Sequence record: NC_054924.1
DNA length: 64,000 nt
From: Escherichia phage vB_EcoM_Lutter
Direction: 5' to 3' (one strand)
This document shows positions 30,105-40,933 of the stretch, piece after piece (within the stretch, counting starts at the first letter, position 1; every line of letters starts with the position of its first letter). The notes beneath the pieces were generated by a model that did not search any database, was not told the origin of the DNA, and worked only from the letters and a program-made list of their open reading frames with translations. The translations under genes were made by a program, and so were the position numbers.

Positions 30105-31064
30105 TCACTTCCACTGCATTTCACATGCTAACTGAATGAAAAGATAAGCTAGATGCAATTCAGTATTAGCTGCAATACCATGATACTGGTTATTTTCACC
30201 AACAATTTCATACATACGAATAATACTTTGCGGAGTTACGCGTGTATAGATTTCTTCGGCAAGTTTACCCACGAACCACGAATAATCAGCTGCATATTTT
30301 GGTGCTAAAGCTCTGAGTTGTTTAACATCTTTATTTTTGAGAGACTCAAGAACATCATCAATAGCACCACGATCGTTAGTAACCAGTGATAAAATACCAG
30401 CATCCAAAACACCTTTAGATGAATAACTATCGAGCTCGCCAATAGTTTTACGAAAATCAGGAAAATTCTTTTTAACCAAAGCTGCTACAACTTTCATATC
30501 AGCTATAGCAATTCCTTCATGCTTACAGATTTCAGTCAATCGACGAATCATCTGCTTCATCATTTCAATTTTATCTTCATCGGTCGGTTGACCGAATGTA
30601 ATAACTCGGCAGCGTGACTGAAGCGGTTTAATAATACCATCAATATTGTTAGCAGTAATAATAATACTACAGTTTGAACTATAAGCTTCCATAAATGAAC
30701 GAAGATGTCGCTGAGACTCTGCTAGCCCTGAACGGTCAAATTCATCAATAACGATTACTTTTTGACGACCATCAAATGAAGCTGCACTGGCAAAATTAGT
30801 CAAAGGACCGCGAACGAAATCAATTTTACAGTCTGATCCATTTACAAACATCATATCAGCATTTACATCATGACACAATGCTTTTGCTACAGTTGTTTTA
30901 CCTGTTCCTGGAGAAGGAGAATGAAGAATAATATGTGGAATCTTACCTTTACTTGTAATAGATTTAAAGGTTTCTTTATCAAAGGCGGGAAGAATACATT
31001 CATCGATAGTAGATGGACGATATTTCTGTTCAAGAATGTGTTCTTTTTCATTTACGGTAATCAT
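30105..31064 (-). CDS. 44: clamp loader ATPase subunit (AAA+)
   Basis: 319 aa from ATG 31064; Walker A GTGKTT and SRC motif. Confidence 0.9.
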   Translation of the reverse strand: MITVNEKEHILEQKYRPSTIDECILPAFDKETFKSITSKGKIPHIILHSPSPGTGKTTVAKALCHDVNADMMFVNGSDCKIDFVRGPLTNFASAASFDGRQKVIVIDEFDRSGLAESQRHLRSFMEAYSSNCSIIITANNIDGIIKPLQSRCRVITFGQPTDEDKIEMMKQMIRRLTEICKHEGIAIADMKVVAALVKKNFPDFRKTIGELDSYSSKGVLDAGILSLVTNDRGAIDDVLESLKNKDVKQLRALAPKYAADYSWFVGKLAEEIYTRVTPQSIIRMYEIVGENNQYHGIAANTELHLAYLFIQLACEMQWK

Positions 31065-31098
31065 AATTTCCTCATTCAAGTTTTAGTGTAAATTATAA

Positions 31099-31112
31099 AG
31101 GGCCGAAGCCCT
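31099..31112 (-). terminator. UUCG-tetraloop hairpin between 45 and 44
   Basis: AGGGC-CGAA-GCCCT inverted repeat in the intergenic region. Confidence 0.45.
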
Positions 31113-31115
31113 CTA

Positions 31116-31802
31116 TTAAAAATCGTGGGTAGAATCAGCTTCAAGAGCTACTACATAATTCGCGTGTTCACCTTCAAATTTAGCAGCGCCTTGTTTACCT
31201 TTTGCCCAGAGCAGAAGTTTATAATTTCCTGGTTGCATTTTCATATTTGCCATATTGATAATGAAATTAAATGTATTTTCACCATCATAATCACCAAGAG
31301 TCAAAGAATATTTAACACGGGTCAGAGCAGAATCTTCTACTTTATTAAAACCGTTAATTACGATTTTACCTTCTTTTACCGTGATAGCAATTGTATCAAT
31401 TTGCAGACCACGAGATACACGCAACAGTTGTTGAAGGTCTTCAGCTTTAATTTCAGTAACAACAGATGCTACCGGGAATGGAATCGGTTTATTAGGAGCA
31501 ACTACTGTACTCGGATCGGCTGCTGGCCAAAAAATTGTTGAACGAGCATCAGCAATTTTAATATTTCCATCTTCTGACTTGGAAATTTCTGCATCATCAT
31601 TAACTAGAGACAGAATACCGAGAAAACCGTTCAAATCGTAAATTGCTACATCAAAATCAATAACGTCAGAAATATTTGCTTCCGCATAAGTTGTACCATT
31701 AACTGCGCGAGTCATAATAAATTGACCGGATTTAAGCATAATGCCAGAGTTAATAGTAGCGAAATTTTTCAAAATATTCAGTGTATCTTTAGACAGTTTC
31801 AT
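31116..31802 (-). CDS. 45: sliding clamp
   Basis: 228-aa ORF at the T4 gp45 position and length. Confidence 0.9.
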   Translation of the reverse strand: MKLSKDTLNILKNFATINSGIMLKSGQFIMTRAVNGTTYAEANISDVIDFDVAIYDLNGFLGILSLVNDDAEISKSEDGNIKIADARSTIFWPAADPSTVVAPNKPIPFPVASVVTEIKAEDLQQLLRVSRGLQIDTIAITVKEGKIVINGFNKVEDSALTRVKYSLTLGDYDGENTFNFIINMANMKMQPGNYKLLLWAKGKQGAAKFEGEHANYVVALEADSTHDF

Positions 31803-31857
31803 GTAATTTCCTTCAATTCAAATGAGATTTAATTTTATAACTAATTTAATAAAGCAA

Positions 31858-32247
31858 TTAACGATTAAAATCAGCCGCAATTGTTTCCGCAACAATTTGA
31901 GCAGCAACAATTAGACGTTCATCTGCATTACCGCAATAATCATCTTCAAGACGTTCACCACATGAAGTCATAATAAATTTAGCACCGGCGTTTAGGGATT
32001 CTGTAGTATGTTTGCGCATTAGTTCAATCCATTTATTACTTACTTCACGATCGATAGCTTCATAATACGCATGACGAGCAGGTGCAGATTTAATTTTGTT
32101 CTGAATAACTTCCATTGCGTTATCAGAAAGAGACAAAACCCATGCTCGACGAATTTTATTTTGGTTTTGTGGATTTGATTCAGAACGCACGTGTTTTGGC
32201 TGAATATCTTTTACATCAACGTTATAATTCACAGTAATTTTAGTCAT
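31858..32247 (-). CDS. rpbA: RNA polymerase binding protein RpbA
   Basis: 129-aa ORF between 45 and 46. Confidence 0.75.
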   Translation of the reverse strand: MTKITVNYNVDVKDIQPKHVRSESNPQNQNKIRRAWVLSLSDNAMEVIQNKIKSAPARHAYYEAIDREVSNKWIELMRKHTTESLNAGAKFIMTSCGERLEDDYCGNADERLIVAAQIVAETIAADFNR

Positions 32248-32256
32248 AATACACCT

Positions 32257-32445
32257 TTAGTCATAATAATCAGTAACAGTCCAAGCTTCATTTCTATTGG
32301 ACATTATTTTTGTATATTCTGCTTTAAATGCATTCCTAAGCATAGATTCAGTAACTATATGCTCTTCATTAGAAAAATTATTTCTCAGAATATATCGTTT
32401 TATTTCAGGAATAGTTAATAGATGCTGTCCAGTTGAATATTCCAT
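32257..32445 (-). CDS. hypothetical protein (45.2 position)
   Basis: 62-aa ORF. Confidence 0.45.
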   Translation of the reverse strand: MEYSTGQHLLTIPEIKRYILRNNFSNEEHIVTESMLRNAFKAEYTKIMSNRNEAWTVTDYYD

Positions 32446-32500
32446 GTTTTTCCTCCATAGAGATTATACTCTAATAAATTAAAGCATAATCTCTTATAAA

Positions 32501-34183
32501 TTAAACCATTACAGTAAATCGACCAACTTTCTTCATTTGAAGATGCTGACCATATTCTTGCGGGTCATGGTCTTTATGCGAAATTATAAAAACATTAGTG
32601 TTTTTCATTGAATTTATAATATTAGCTACACCTTTAATACCTTCGGCATCAAATGACCCATCAAACACTTCATCGAGTATTAATGTACTAATACTAACAC
32701 CAGATACAATAGAAGCAATATCACGCCAAGTAAATAAAAGAGCAATATCAATTCTTGCTTTTTCACCTTCACTAAATGAAGCATAACTAAAATCTTCGCG
32801 ACCACGGGATTTAATTGTCTCATTAAATTCTTCATCTAATGTAAACACATAATCCGCTTCCATTATTTTAAGATAATGGTTAATCTGCTTATTAAATAAT
32901 GGAATGTACTTTTTAATAATAGCACCTTTAATACCAGAATCTTTGAGCATATCAGTCAAAATTCCTCGGTGGTATTTTTCCATTACTAAATTAGTTTTTG
33001 TCTTAACAATTTTATCAAGTTCTTCTTGAAGCAGTGCTATTTCATCAGCATGGTCAATAAACTCAGAAGATGCTTTTTCTATAGCCGCTTTAACTTTTTT
33101 AGCTTTATCTACTGCTGCGATCAGAGATTGCTTTTTATTGCGAATATCATTTGCCAACGACTGCTGAGTTTTAATATTATCTCGGTATTCATCAACAAGA
33201 ACTTTTAAATTATCACGATGTGTTGAAAGCTGTTCAAACGAATGCGTGCATTCAGAAACTTTATCTTTAATTTTAGAAACAACTTTATCACCGGAACTCA
33301 ATTGTGACAAACAGGTTGGACATAATCCACCTTCGTGATACATATTAATGACTTTATTATATGAGTCAATTTTTGATTTAATTAAAACTGCTTCTTGACC
33401 GATTTTATTAAATGCATCAGTCGGGTCTTCATCTAAAACAATATTAACTAATCTTTCATTAGCTTCTTCTATTTCCGATTTTAGCGTTCTAGCTTCTTTT
33501 GCCAAATCATCATACATATTTTGCAGACGAATAAGGTTTTCACCAGTTAATTTTTTCTGGCGTTCAACGTTATCATTATATATTTTAATTTGTTGGATAA
33601 TACTATCTTTTTTAACATCAAGCACTTGGTTTTGTGAATTTAATTCACGTATTAGTGCTTTATTAAGCTTATCCATTTCAGCTAATGTTCCTACCTCGAG
33701 CAGGTCTTCCACAAGCTTTCTTCGCGCAGGGGTCGACAAACCCATGAAAGGGGTATACCCTGCTGTACCAAGGACAACAATCTGCTTGAAACTGGCATAT
33801 GACATTCCGATAAGCTGTTCAAATTCTGCTTGGAAATCTTTACTGCTGGCAGATTCATTAAGACGTGTACCGTTAACGGTGATTTCGAAAACGTTCGGTT
33901 TTTGTCCTCTTTTGATATAGTACTTTTTCTCATCATATTCCATCCACAGTTCAACTAAAAGTTCTTTCTTATTTGTGCTGTTTATTAATTGACCTTTCTT
34001 TACATCACGAAATGGCTTGCCAAAAAGCCCAAATGTGATGGCTTCTAGCATAGTAGACTTACCACCGCCATTTCGTCCAGTAATAAGAGTTTTTTGAACC
34101 TTATCTAATTGAATGTCAACTCCATTTTGACCAACTGACATTATATTTTTATATTTTACTCTATTAAGTTTAAATGATTTCAT
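32501..34183 (-). CDS. 46: recombination endonuclease subunit (Rad50/SbcC-like ATPase)
   Basis: 560-aa ORF with N-terminal Walker A (GRNGGGKST), coiled-coil middle, C-terminal signature and Walker B (LILDEVFDGSFD). Confidence 0.9.
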   Translation of the reverse strand: MKSFKLNRVKYKNIMSVGQNGVDIQLDKVQKTLITGRNGGGKSTMLEAITFGLFGKPFRDVKKGQLINSTNKKELLVELWMEYDEKKYYIKRGQKPNVFEITVNGTRLNESASSKDFQAEFEQLIGMSYASFKQIVVLGTAGYTPFMGLSTPARRKLVEDLLEVGTLAEMDKLNKALIRELNSQNQVLDVKKDSIIQQIKIYNDNVERQKKLTGENLIRLQNMYDDLAKEARTLKSEIEEANERLVNIVLDEDPTDAFNKIGQEAVLIKSKIDSYNKVINMYHEGGLCPTCLSQLSSGDKVVSKIKDKVSECTHSFEQLSTHRDNLKVLVDEYRDNIKTQQSLANDIRNKKQSLIAAVDKAKKVKAAIEKASSEFIDHADEIALLQEELDKIVKTKTNLVMEKYHRGILTDMLKDSGIKGAIIKKYIPLFNKQINHYLKIMEADYVFTLDEEFNETIKSRGREDFSYASFSEGEKARIDIALLFTWRDIASIVSGVSISTLILDEVFDGSFDAEGIKGVANIINSMKNTNVFIISHKDHDPQEYGQHLQMKKVGRFTVMV

Positions 34184-34198
34184 TTTGTATCCAATTGT

Positions 34199-35053
34199 TC
34201 ACAATGAAGAAAATTCTTTAACTAAAGCCTGTAATGAAGCCTCTATTGGATATCCGTTCTTAACTAACATTTTCCTAAACATCACATGTTTAGGACGATT
34301 ATATGATATCCACAATTCATACAATTTATCTTTATTATCCCAATGATAGCCTTTTCGTCGAGATGCTATATGAGCTTTTCTAATCTCCGGATTTTTCCAA
34401 CTAGCAGCTACTGAATTTGATATAGCTATTTTATATTCAGGTTTTGATAAAGCAGCACGAACAGCCTTTTGGTGTTTAATTTTATTTTCTTCGTTATTAA
34501 ACCATTCCCTTGAAGCCATTGAAATTTTTTGTTTTGTTTTAAAACTATTTAATCTTTCTTTGTTATCTTTCCTATTTTTTGCTACTGAAAAATATTTTAA
34601 TGCCCTTTCTCTAGCAGCATTTCTATTTTGCGGATTTGAATAATATTGTTGAAGCCTTTTTGATATTGTGTCACTTACATCTTGTTTTATAAAACTATAT
34701 TCAGCAGCTATTAAATCAACTTCGGCTAAAGATAAATTTTTATATGTTTTTCCTGACATCATTCTATTTAAAGCATTTAGCATTTTTCCATTTTTACCTT
34801 TTGCTAATAAGAAATGTGCTTTAAAATGATTAAAATGACTTAAATTAACTAAATTCCATGTAGATTTTAAATATTCAGGAAATATTGATTTAGGAAGCAC
34901 GTGATGTGCTTCCGTTTTACCTGGAGTTTTAACAGTTGAATTCATAGAAATAAAATTAATGTAAGACTTGGCGTCTTCTTCACTCAACGCTAATTTTTCA
35001 ACTAATTCCTTTATTAAAAATTCATCATTAATGTCAAGTTTAAAATTCTTCAC
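34199..35053 (-). mobile_element. free-standing HNH homing endonuclease gene (GTG start)
   Basis: 284-aa ORF with HNH motif (EAHHVLPKS...NLVNLSHFNHFKAH) and a basic repeat-rich C-terminal DNA-binding region; inserted between 46 and 47. Confidence 0.7.
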
Positions 35054-35256
35054 AAAAGATTCCTTTTAATGTATCTTTTAGACCATTCTATCATATCATC
35101 ATAATCTAAAAAGTATTCATCAAATTCAGCCATGCAAACAACACCTTGTGCTGTTTTTGATGTAATATAAATTATTCCAACATATCTAGAATCTTCTTCG
35201 GTATAATCAATGTTTGCTATGAATTCATCATTAATGTCAAATGTCGAAAACTTCAC
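35050..35256 (-). CDS. hypothetical protein (46.1/46.2 position); start uncertain
   Basis: Track ORF runs to 35313; likely GTG start at 35256 with AAGGA SD, homologous to the HNH gene initiation region. Confidence 0.35.
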   Translation of the reverse strand: MKFSTFDINDEFIANIDYTEEDSRYVGIIYITSKTAQGVVCMAEFDEYFLDYDDMIEWSKRYIKRNLL

Positions 35257-35500
35257 AGTATGCATCCTTAATACAAGATACGGCCATATCTCGCAATGAT
35301 TTAGGTGTGTCATTATCTAAAATGTTGAAGTTAAAAGATACAGCCCAATCTGTACAGACCGTAACTTTTTTAATACAATTATCTTCAACCTCTAGCGGTT
35401 CAAACCAATATTCAATAATTTCTTTATGCCCAATATCATCTTTTACTTCACATTCAAAATGCTGACTCATCATAACATTTTTAAATTCATCAAAAGTCAT
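35237..35500 (-). CDS. hypothetical protein (46.2 position)
   Basis: 87-aa ORF. Confidence 0.4.
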   Translation of the reverse strand: MTFDEFKNVMMSQHFECEVKDDIGHKEIIEYWFEPLEVEDNCIKKVTVCTDWAVSFNFNILDNDTPKSLRDMAVSCIKDAYCEVFDI

Positions 35501-36516
35501 TGTGTTGCCTCTACATATAACTGATTTGCATATTGAATAAGTGCTTCACGGTCAGAATCAGTGATGTCTGGAATTGCATTAATGTATTCTTCCATCAACG
35601 TCTGAAGAGATTGAACTTCAACTTCTTCACTGTCATCTGACTCGACAGAGTTATCAATCTTTGACACAACTCGTAATGAATGCACAACTTTTTCTAGTTC
35701 AGATTCGAACTTCGTCAGATTTTTGTCTACTTCAGTTACTATAACACGTACTGATAGATTTGTAAAATCTTTATAGTCAATTTTTCCTTTAAATGGATAA
35801 TGAATTCTACGATGCCAGGTAGTATTGTTTGGAATAAATTCCATTCGTTCTGTTTCTGTATCAAACATCCAGAACCCACGAGGGTCATTCTCGTCACCTG
35901 CAGTTAGTGTCCATGGTGTCCCAATATATCTGACGTTTGCAGCCTCAGAGATAGTATGGAAGTGACCAGACCACACCTCTTTATAAGTCTTAAGGAAATC
36001 AGGTTCAAGACCGTGAGATTTCATTCCTTTATAAAAATAAAATCCATTCAGTTCCCAGTGACCAACACAAAAAGAAGCAGATGAAGTTTTGATGTGCTCA
36101 AGAATTTCACCAGTATTTTCTTCGCACATCCAAGGAATTAAATCAATTAAACATCCGTCAAAATCGACTGTAGTAGGCTTATCATATACTTTAACATTAG
36201 GATATTTAGCCAAAAGCTCAGTAGAAGCATTTGGATGCATTACATTTTTGTAGTGGAGATCGTGATTTCCTACAATAGTATGTAATGTGATTCCAGCGTC
36301 ATCAAGCATTTGAACTATTTCACGGGCAAACTCCATAGTTTTATGTGTGATTGCTTTTCGCACATCAAAAATATCACCATATTGAATCCATACAGTAATT
36401 CCATTTTTCTTAGAATATTCTATCGCTTGCTTAATTCCATCAATTTGAATACCGCGAATCCACTCATCATCAGCTTTAACGCCTAAATGCCAATCACCCA
36501 AGTTTAGTATTTTCAT
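35497..36516 (-). CDS. 47: recombination endonuclease subunit (Mre11/SbcD-like phosphoesterase)
   Basis: 339-aa ORF with calcineurin-like motifs (DWHLG, GDIFD, GNHD). Confidence 0.9.
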   Translation of the reverse strand: MKILNLGDWHLGVKADDEWIRGIQIDGIKQAIEYSKKNGITVWIQYGDIFDVRKAITHKTMEFAREIVQMLDDAGITLHTIVGNHDLHYKNVMHPNASTELLAKYPNVKVYDKPTTVDFDGCLIDLIPWMCEENTGEILEHIKTSSASFCVGHWELNGFYFYKGMKSHGLEPDFLKTYKEVWSGHFHTISEAANVRYIGTPWTLTAGDENDPRGFWMFDTETERMEFIPNNTTWHRRIHYPFKGKIDYKDFTNLSVRVIVTEVDKNLTKFESELEKVVHSLRVVSKIDNSVESDDSEEVEVQSLQTLMEEYINAIPDITDSDREALIQYANQLYVEATQ

Positions 36517-37117
36517 GGTGTCTTTTCCATCCTAATTTAGCTGCTTTTGAAACCAGTTCTTTAATTTTTCCTTTTGTCCATTCAGGACCAGGAGGTTCAT
36601 GACATAACAATTGCTTAACTCCGTTATTATACCATTTTTTACCTTTATTATGTGATGAAGCTTTAAATTTATTTGACCTTCCTTTTACATAACCTTCTGG
36701 AATATAAGGCAAAAAGGCAGATTTTCCTGTTAATGGATCATGTGAATGTATATTTCCTTTACAATTATGAGAACCATATAATGGATGATTTTGTCCTTTA
36801 TTATCTCTTCCAAATGAACCTTTTGGAGCAGCATATGACATATTAAAGAATAATGGATTTTTAACTGCATCATGCAATCGTTGATAATATAACTCGCATT
36901 TAATAGCTTCTTCACGTGTATCAAATTCAGCTAAAATGCATGAATCAAATAAGTGAGGATTATCTAAAAGCTCTTTATTATAAATTTTCTTATACTTTTT
37001 AGATAAAACTGAACCATGATATCCAGCTAAATGCCTATCTAAAGACGTAGATCCAATATAAAAAGGAGGAAGTTTATCTCCACTATATATTGTTAAATAA
37101 GTTATATATTTTTTCAT
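36494..37117 (-). mobile_element. GIY-YIG (Seg-like) homing endonuclease gene
   Basis: 207-aa ORF with GIY-YIG motif (YITYLTI...FYIGST, R, E) and NUMOD3-like repeats (GQNHPLYG, KGKKWYNNG); 3' end overlaps the start of gene 47 by 23 nt. Confidence 0.6.
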
Positions 37118-37244
37118 ATATCAAGAACCGTCATTGAAATGCAAAATAAAATTAATGAAATAAATCCATCTGGAGTGCTAAAGAACCCAATCCAACATGC
37201 TCTAGTGAACAAATAAAACGCTAGAAAAAGTATCACATATCCAA
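37107..37244 (-). CDS. small hydrophobic protein (45 aa)
   Basis: ORF below cutoff with GGAG SD; weak. Confidence 0.2.
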
Positions 37245-37277
37245 GAAATATCATTATATCAAACTCCGTATAAAGCT

Positions 37278-37296
37278 AAAGGGCCGAAGCCCTTTA
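37278..37296 (-). terminator. UUCG-tetraloop hairpin after a-gt
   Basis: AAAGGGC-CGAA-GCCCTTT inverted repeat overlapping the a-gt stop; same 30-nt module as at 4321..4350. Confidence 0.5.
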
Positions 37297-38496
37297 TTTT
37301 GTAATAATGTCAAACTGTTCTTTAAAGCAGAAGCTTGAATCTTGATGCTGATACAAAAATTCATAAGCTTTTTCGCGTTCACGGTCATAAAGAGCTCGGT
37401 CAGATGACAGTTCTTTAATACGCTCAAATGTTGATTCCATGTCATTTTCATCAAACCAAACGATACCGCTATCATGAGAAATTAACGGAGTATTATCAAC
37501 ACGGAATTTTAAATTTTCACCAGTAGATTTCCAAAATACTGGAATTGTTCCGCATGCACCAAGCTCGAGATGAGTGTATTCTAAAGAACGTTGTAGATAT
37601 TTTTTATCTAATTTACTCAGCTGATAACCAAATCCGGATTTACTCATACGTTCAAGCATTTCGCTATTTACATAACGGTCGAGAATTTGCGTTGACAAAT
37701 TAGGAGCAATTTTAATTTGGTCTACTTGATGAAGACGATAATACTCGTATGGAATTCCTTTTTCTTTAATAGGAATGAACGCTGGAGAACGTTCCAGACC
37801 TTCCATAATAGTACTCAATCCCGCAGGTTTAAGATGTTTTTCATGAAAATCAAACATCTGATAAAAGCCTTTCCATGTAGTAGTACGACCAATCCAACGG
37901 TTGATATTCATGTTAATTTCAGAAACATCTTTCCAGTAGGTTGATCGAACCTTCGCAATATCCATAGGAGGCTGAAAGTTATATACGGTCGGTGCTTCTT
38001 CAATATCATCAAACAGAGAAACTGTTTCTGGATACCATTCTTTCATCAGAACTTTATTAAAATCGCCATTATCAGAATGGCTAAAAATAACATCAGCTCG
38101 ACGAACAGTTTCTTCTAATCCCAAATTTCGGCGCAAAGAAAGAGAAGAATGGTCATGTTGATAAACTACAACACGAACCGAAGGTTTAATGTTATCAATA
38201 ATTTTTTTATAGTTATTAATAGTGTCTTCTTCGACTGAAGTAGCAGGAACTGAATTGATAATTAGAATATCACAATCATTTACCAGCTTAAGTGTTTTAT
38301 CGTATTCTTTTGCCAATAAAACCGGAATTGAAAATGACTTATAATCATGCGCGCAATTACGAGTAAATGATTTATCTTTAGCATAAACCAAAGTTACTTC
38401 ATGACCATTTTTAATAAACCAATCACGTTGCTCAAGAGAAAATTTAGTTACGCCACAACCTTCAAGACCTCGAGCCATAAAAATGCATACTTTCAT
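37294..38496 (-). CDS. a-gt: DNA alpha-glucosyltransferase
   Basis: 400-aa ORF matching T4 alpha-gt in length and N-terminus (CIFMARGLEGCGVTKFSLEQ). Confidence 0.9.
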   Translation of the reverse strand: MKVCIFMARGLEGCGVTKFSLEQRDWFIKNGHEVTLVYAKDKSFTRNCAHDYKSFSIPVLLAKEYDKTLKLVNDCDILIINSVPATSVEEDTINNYKKIIDNIKPSVRVVVYQHDHSSLSLRRNLGLEETVRRADVIFSHSDNGDFNKVLMKEWYPETVSLFDDIEEAPTVYNFQPPMDIAKVRSTYWKDVSEINMNINRWIGRTTTWKGFYQMFDFHEKHLKPAGLSTIMEGLERSPAFIPIKEKGIPYEYYRLHQVDQIKIAPNLSTQILDRYVNSEMLERMSKSGFGYQLSKLDKKYLQRSLEYTHLELGACGTIPVFWKSTGENLKFRVDNTPLISHDSGIVWFDENDMESTFERIKELSSDRALYDREREKAYEFLYQHQDSSFCFKEQFDIITK

Positions 38497-38560
38497 TTAA
38501 TATCCTCATTGTTTTGGTTTATTTTACCAAAAATTTATAAAGCAATATAGGAGCCGAAGC

Positions 38561-38734
38561 TCCTATCCACATAATACACCATACAGAGGCTCATTAGAGC
38601 TTCTAAATTTTATACGCTTATATGTTATAGTTCCTTCTGCTTTAGCTTTATCATGAGACTCTTTAAAGCGTCTCATCATTTCTACTTTAGAGGAACGAAT
38701 TTTATTATAATCTATTTCAGAAGTCTGGGTGTTC
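38561..38734 (-). CDS. hypothetical small protein (57 aa)
   Basis: ORF below cutoff upstream of a-gt. Confidence 0.3.
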
Positions 38735-38739
38735 ATCTT

Positions 38740-38946
38740 TCACAGTTGCCACCATTTTTTGACTTGATAGGAATCAACCCACACTTTCATATTAGGGTCT
38801 GCTCTTACAATAGGAGGATTAACTTCTTTAATTGAACTATCGTGGTACTCTTTTTCAGAAATTTTCACGCAAAGATGACCATTCAAAGATTCAGTAAATC
38901 CTGCATTAATTTTAAGACGCTTGAATTTTACGTGTGTAAGCATCAA
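38740..38946 (-). CDS. hypothetical protein
   Basis: 68-aa ORF. Confidence 0.4.
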   Translation of the reverse strand: MMLTHVKFKRLKINAGFTESLNGHLCVKISEKEYHDSSIKEVNPPIVRADPNMKVWVDSYQVKKWWQL

Positions 38947-39229
38947 TCATATCCTCAATTTGCGATCTAGTAGTCTTCCAAAGAATACTGATGAGTTCAT
39001 CGTTATATGGCTGTTTTAGAATATCCCGACTTTTCTTGATAGCATATTCGTATTGAGCAAAATTATTGTTTTCAGCTGCGATCTGAGCGTGCTTATAAAG
39101 ACGATTCAGTTCGCGTTTGTTTTTAGACAATAACTTATTTGCTTTTCTTTCTGCTTCAAGACGGTTCTTTTCTTCAATAGAAGAAATAAGCTTTTCCACT
39201 TCATCATTAATTTCGGGTTTATCAGTCAT
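38912..39229 (-). CDS. hypothetical protein
   Basis: 105-aa helical ORF. Confidence 0.4.
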   Translation of the reverse strand: MTDKPEINDEVEKLISSIEEKNRLEAERKANKLLSKNKRELNRLYKHAQIAAENNNFAQYEYAIKKSRDILKQPYNDELISILWKTTRSQIEDMIDAYTRKIQAS

Positions 39230-39230
39230 A

Positions 39231-39449
39231 TTATTTCTCTAATATAAAATAAAAATCATCATCTGTTAAATGATACCGATAGTTTAATTCTACACCATTA
39301 GATTTAAAAGCGGTATCATACGGATTTTCTGGATCAATATCAATGTCAAGAGCTAAAACTTCCCTGAGATACATTTTAAGTAAATAGGGAATAGCTTCAA
39401 CTTCAGGTATTTCTTCCAAGAATCCGGAGAGGTTAATCGTTAGCCTCAT
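39231..39449 (-). CDS. hypothetical protein
   Basis: 72-aa ORF. Confidence 0.4.
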
Positions 39450-39990
39450 ATAAAAAATCCAAACTAGGAGAATCGTCTACAACACTTTTCTTTTCAGCCC
39501 CTGGTGTTCTATAGGTTGATTCTTCGTAATGCGTCATTTTATCGTAGATGTCTTGAATAAAAGTTTCATCTACTAACGCAACCATATCGTCGTCACGACT
39601 GTCATAGACATTGTGAACGAAGTAACTATATTTCTTTGCAACTTCCTTACGTTCTTTTTTAATACGTTGGACGAATGCATTAAAACAAGCTTGAGTTATA
39701 TACGCATGTGGGTTTTTATATTTCGTTTCATCAAAATTGTGAAGCCCCTTAATAGAAGCTTCTATACCATCTGCAATCATTTCTTGTTTCCAAGACTGGG
39801 TGTATCCTGAAAAGTTGAAACGTTTAGATAAGCCTTCTGCAATAAGCATAATGGCTAATCCGATAGTATCATTCTGACGAACTACTTTATTTGGGTCTTT
39901 ATTATTTGCTAATTCTGTTTTCCAATCAATAATAGCTTGTAAAAGCTCTTTATTGTTTACGTAATTATATTTAGGCTTAGTTTCTGACAT
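39433..39990 (-). CDS. 55: late-transcription sigma factor gp55
   Basis: 185 aa from ATG 39990 ([17 protein letters not shown]); matches T4 gp55. Confidence 0.85.
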
Positions 39991-40068
39991 TTTCACCTCT
40001 TAGCTCAATTCATAGATCTATTATATCATAATATTTGAAGATCTATCTTAAAGCACAGAGGATATCAG

Positions 40069-40338
40069 TTATCTAAGTAAGCAGTATGCTTGGAACACTT
40101 TCTCCATCATCTTTTTAAATTCATGAATATCTATATAATGACTAGTTAAATCAGCATGATATAAAAAGTCTAAAAACTTTTTATGGGTATTAGAATATTT
40201 ACTTCCAGTTAATTCAGAAACATGGCTTTCCCAATATCCAACACCAGTTTTATTTGGGAAAAATGAAATTTTCATGTATTGGTCAACATAGAAAATACCA
40301 AAATTTTCAATAGCAATAGAAATATTAATTAATTTCAT
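40069..40338 (-). CDS. hypothetical protein
   Basis: 89-aa ORF. Confidence 0.4.
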   Translation of the reverse strand: MKLINISIAIENFGIFYVDQYMKISFFPNKTGVGYWESHVSELTGSKYSNTHKKFLDFLYHADLTSHYIDIHEFKKMMEKVFQAYCLLR

Positions 40339-40550
40339 ACATTCATCAACTTAGCCGCTTCAAGAGCTGCATCTAGTGAATCAAATTGGTCAACATATTC
40401 AATCAATTCGCCGTAATTGGCATATAACCACCATTGGCTAAATTCATACTCAAGGATGAATCCATTTCCTTCAATTTGAGTTAAACCAATGCCATTTGTA
40501 TTTACTTCATATCCGGCAAGACGCAAATCGTTAATAAGAGCTTCGTTCAT
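40335..40550 (-). CDS. hypothetical protein
   Basis: 71-aa ORF. Confidence 0.4.
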   Translation of the reverse strand: MNEALINDLRLAGYEVNTNGIGLTQIEGNGFILEYEFSQWWLYANYGELIEYVDQFDSLDAALEAAKLMNV

Positions 40551-40552
40551 AA

Positions 40553-40879
40553 TTATACCTTAGTAATTTTCAGGTCTGCAAATTTTTTCTTGCGTTGATT
40601 TTTCATGCGACGAATAGTTTTATCGGAAATTTCATGCTTTTGATAAGCTTTAGATTCTACACCAAAAGCTTTAACATCAAATTCTGACAAGATATATTGA
40701 ACCAACAATTCACGGACAGTATTGCGTCCAATCTTCTGATCATTCTGTTTCATCATCTGATGAAGCTCTTTTTCCCATTTATCCAAAATTTGAGGAGTTA
40801 CAATATCGCCTTTTTCTAGCAAAGAAACTACTTTATCGTATGCGTAAGAATTAATGACGTTTTTAATTTGAATAGTCAT
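40553..40879 (-). CDS. hypothetical protein
   Basis: 108-aa ORF. Confidence 0.4.
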   Translation of the reverse strand: MTIQIKNVINSYAYDKVVSLLEKGDIVTPQILDKWEKELHQMMKQNDQKIGRNTVRELLVQYILSEFDVKAFGVESKAYQKHEISDKTIRRMKNQRKKKFADLKITKV

Positions 40880-40917
40880 ACATTATCCTCAATTACGTTA
40901 AAATTTTATTATCCAAA

Positions 40918-40933
40918 AAGGGCCGAAGCCCTT
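40918..40933 (-). terminator. UUCG-tetraloop hairpin
   Basis: AGGGC-CGAA-GCCCT inverted repeat overlapping an ORF stop. Confidence 0.4.

Noticed and set aside
33691-33954. 87-aa minus-strand ORF inside gene 46 in another frame
   Set aside because: Fully nested in the conserved Rad50-like gene; no independent start signal
36730-37475. Alternate-frame ORFs of 64 and 73 aa overlapping the Seg-like gene and a-gt
   Set aside because: Nested in longer ORFs with recognisable domains
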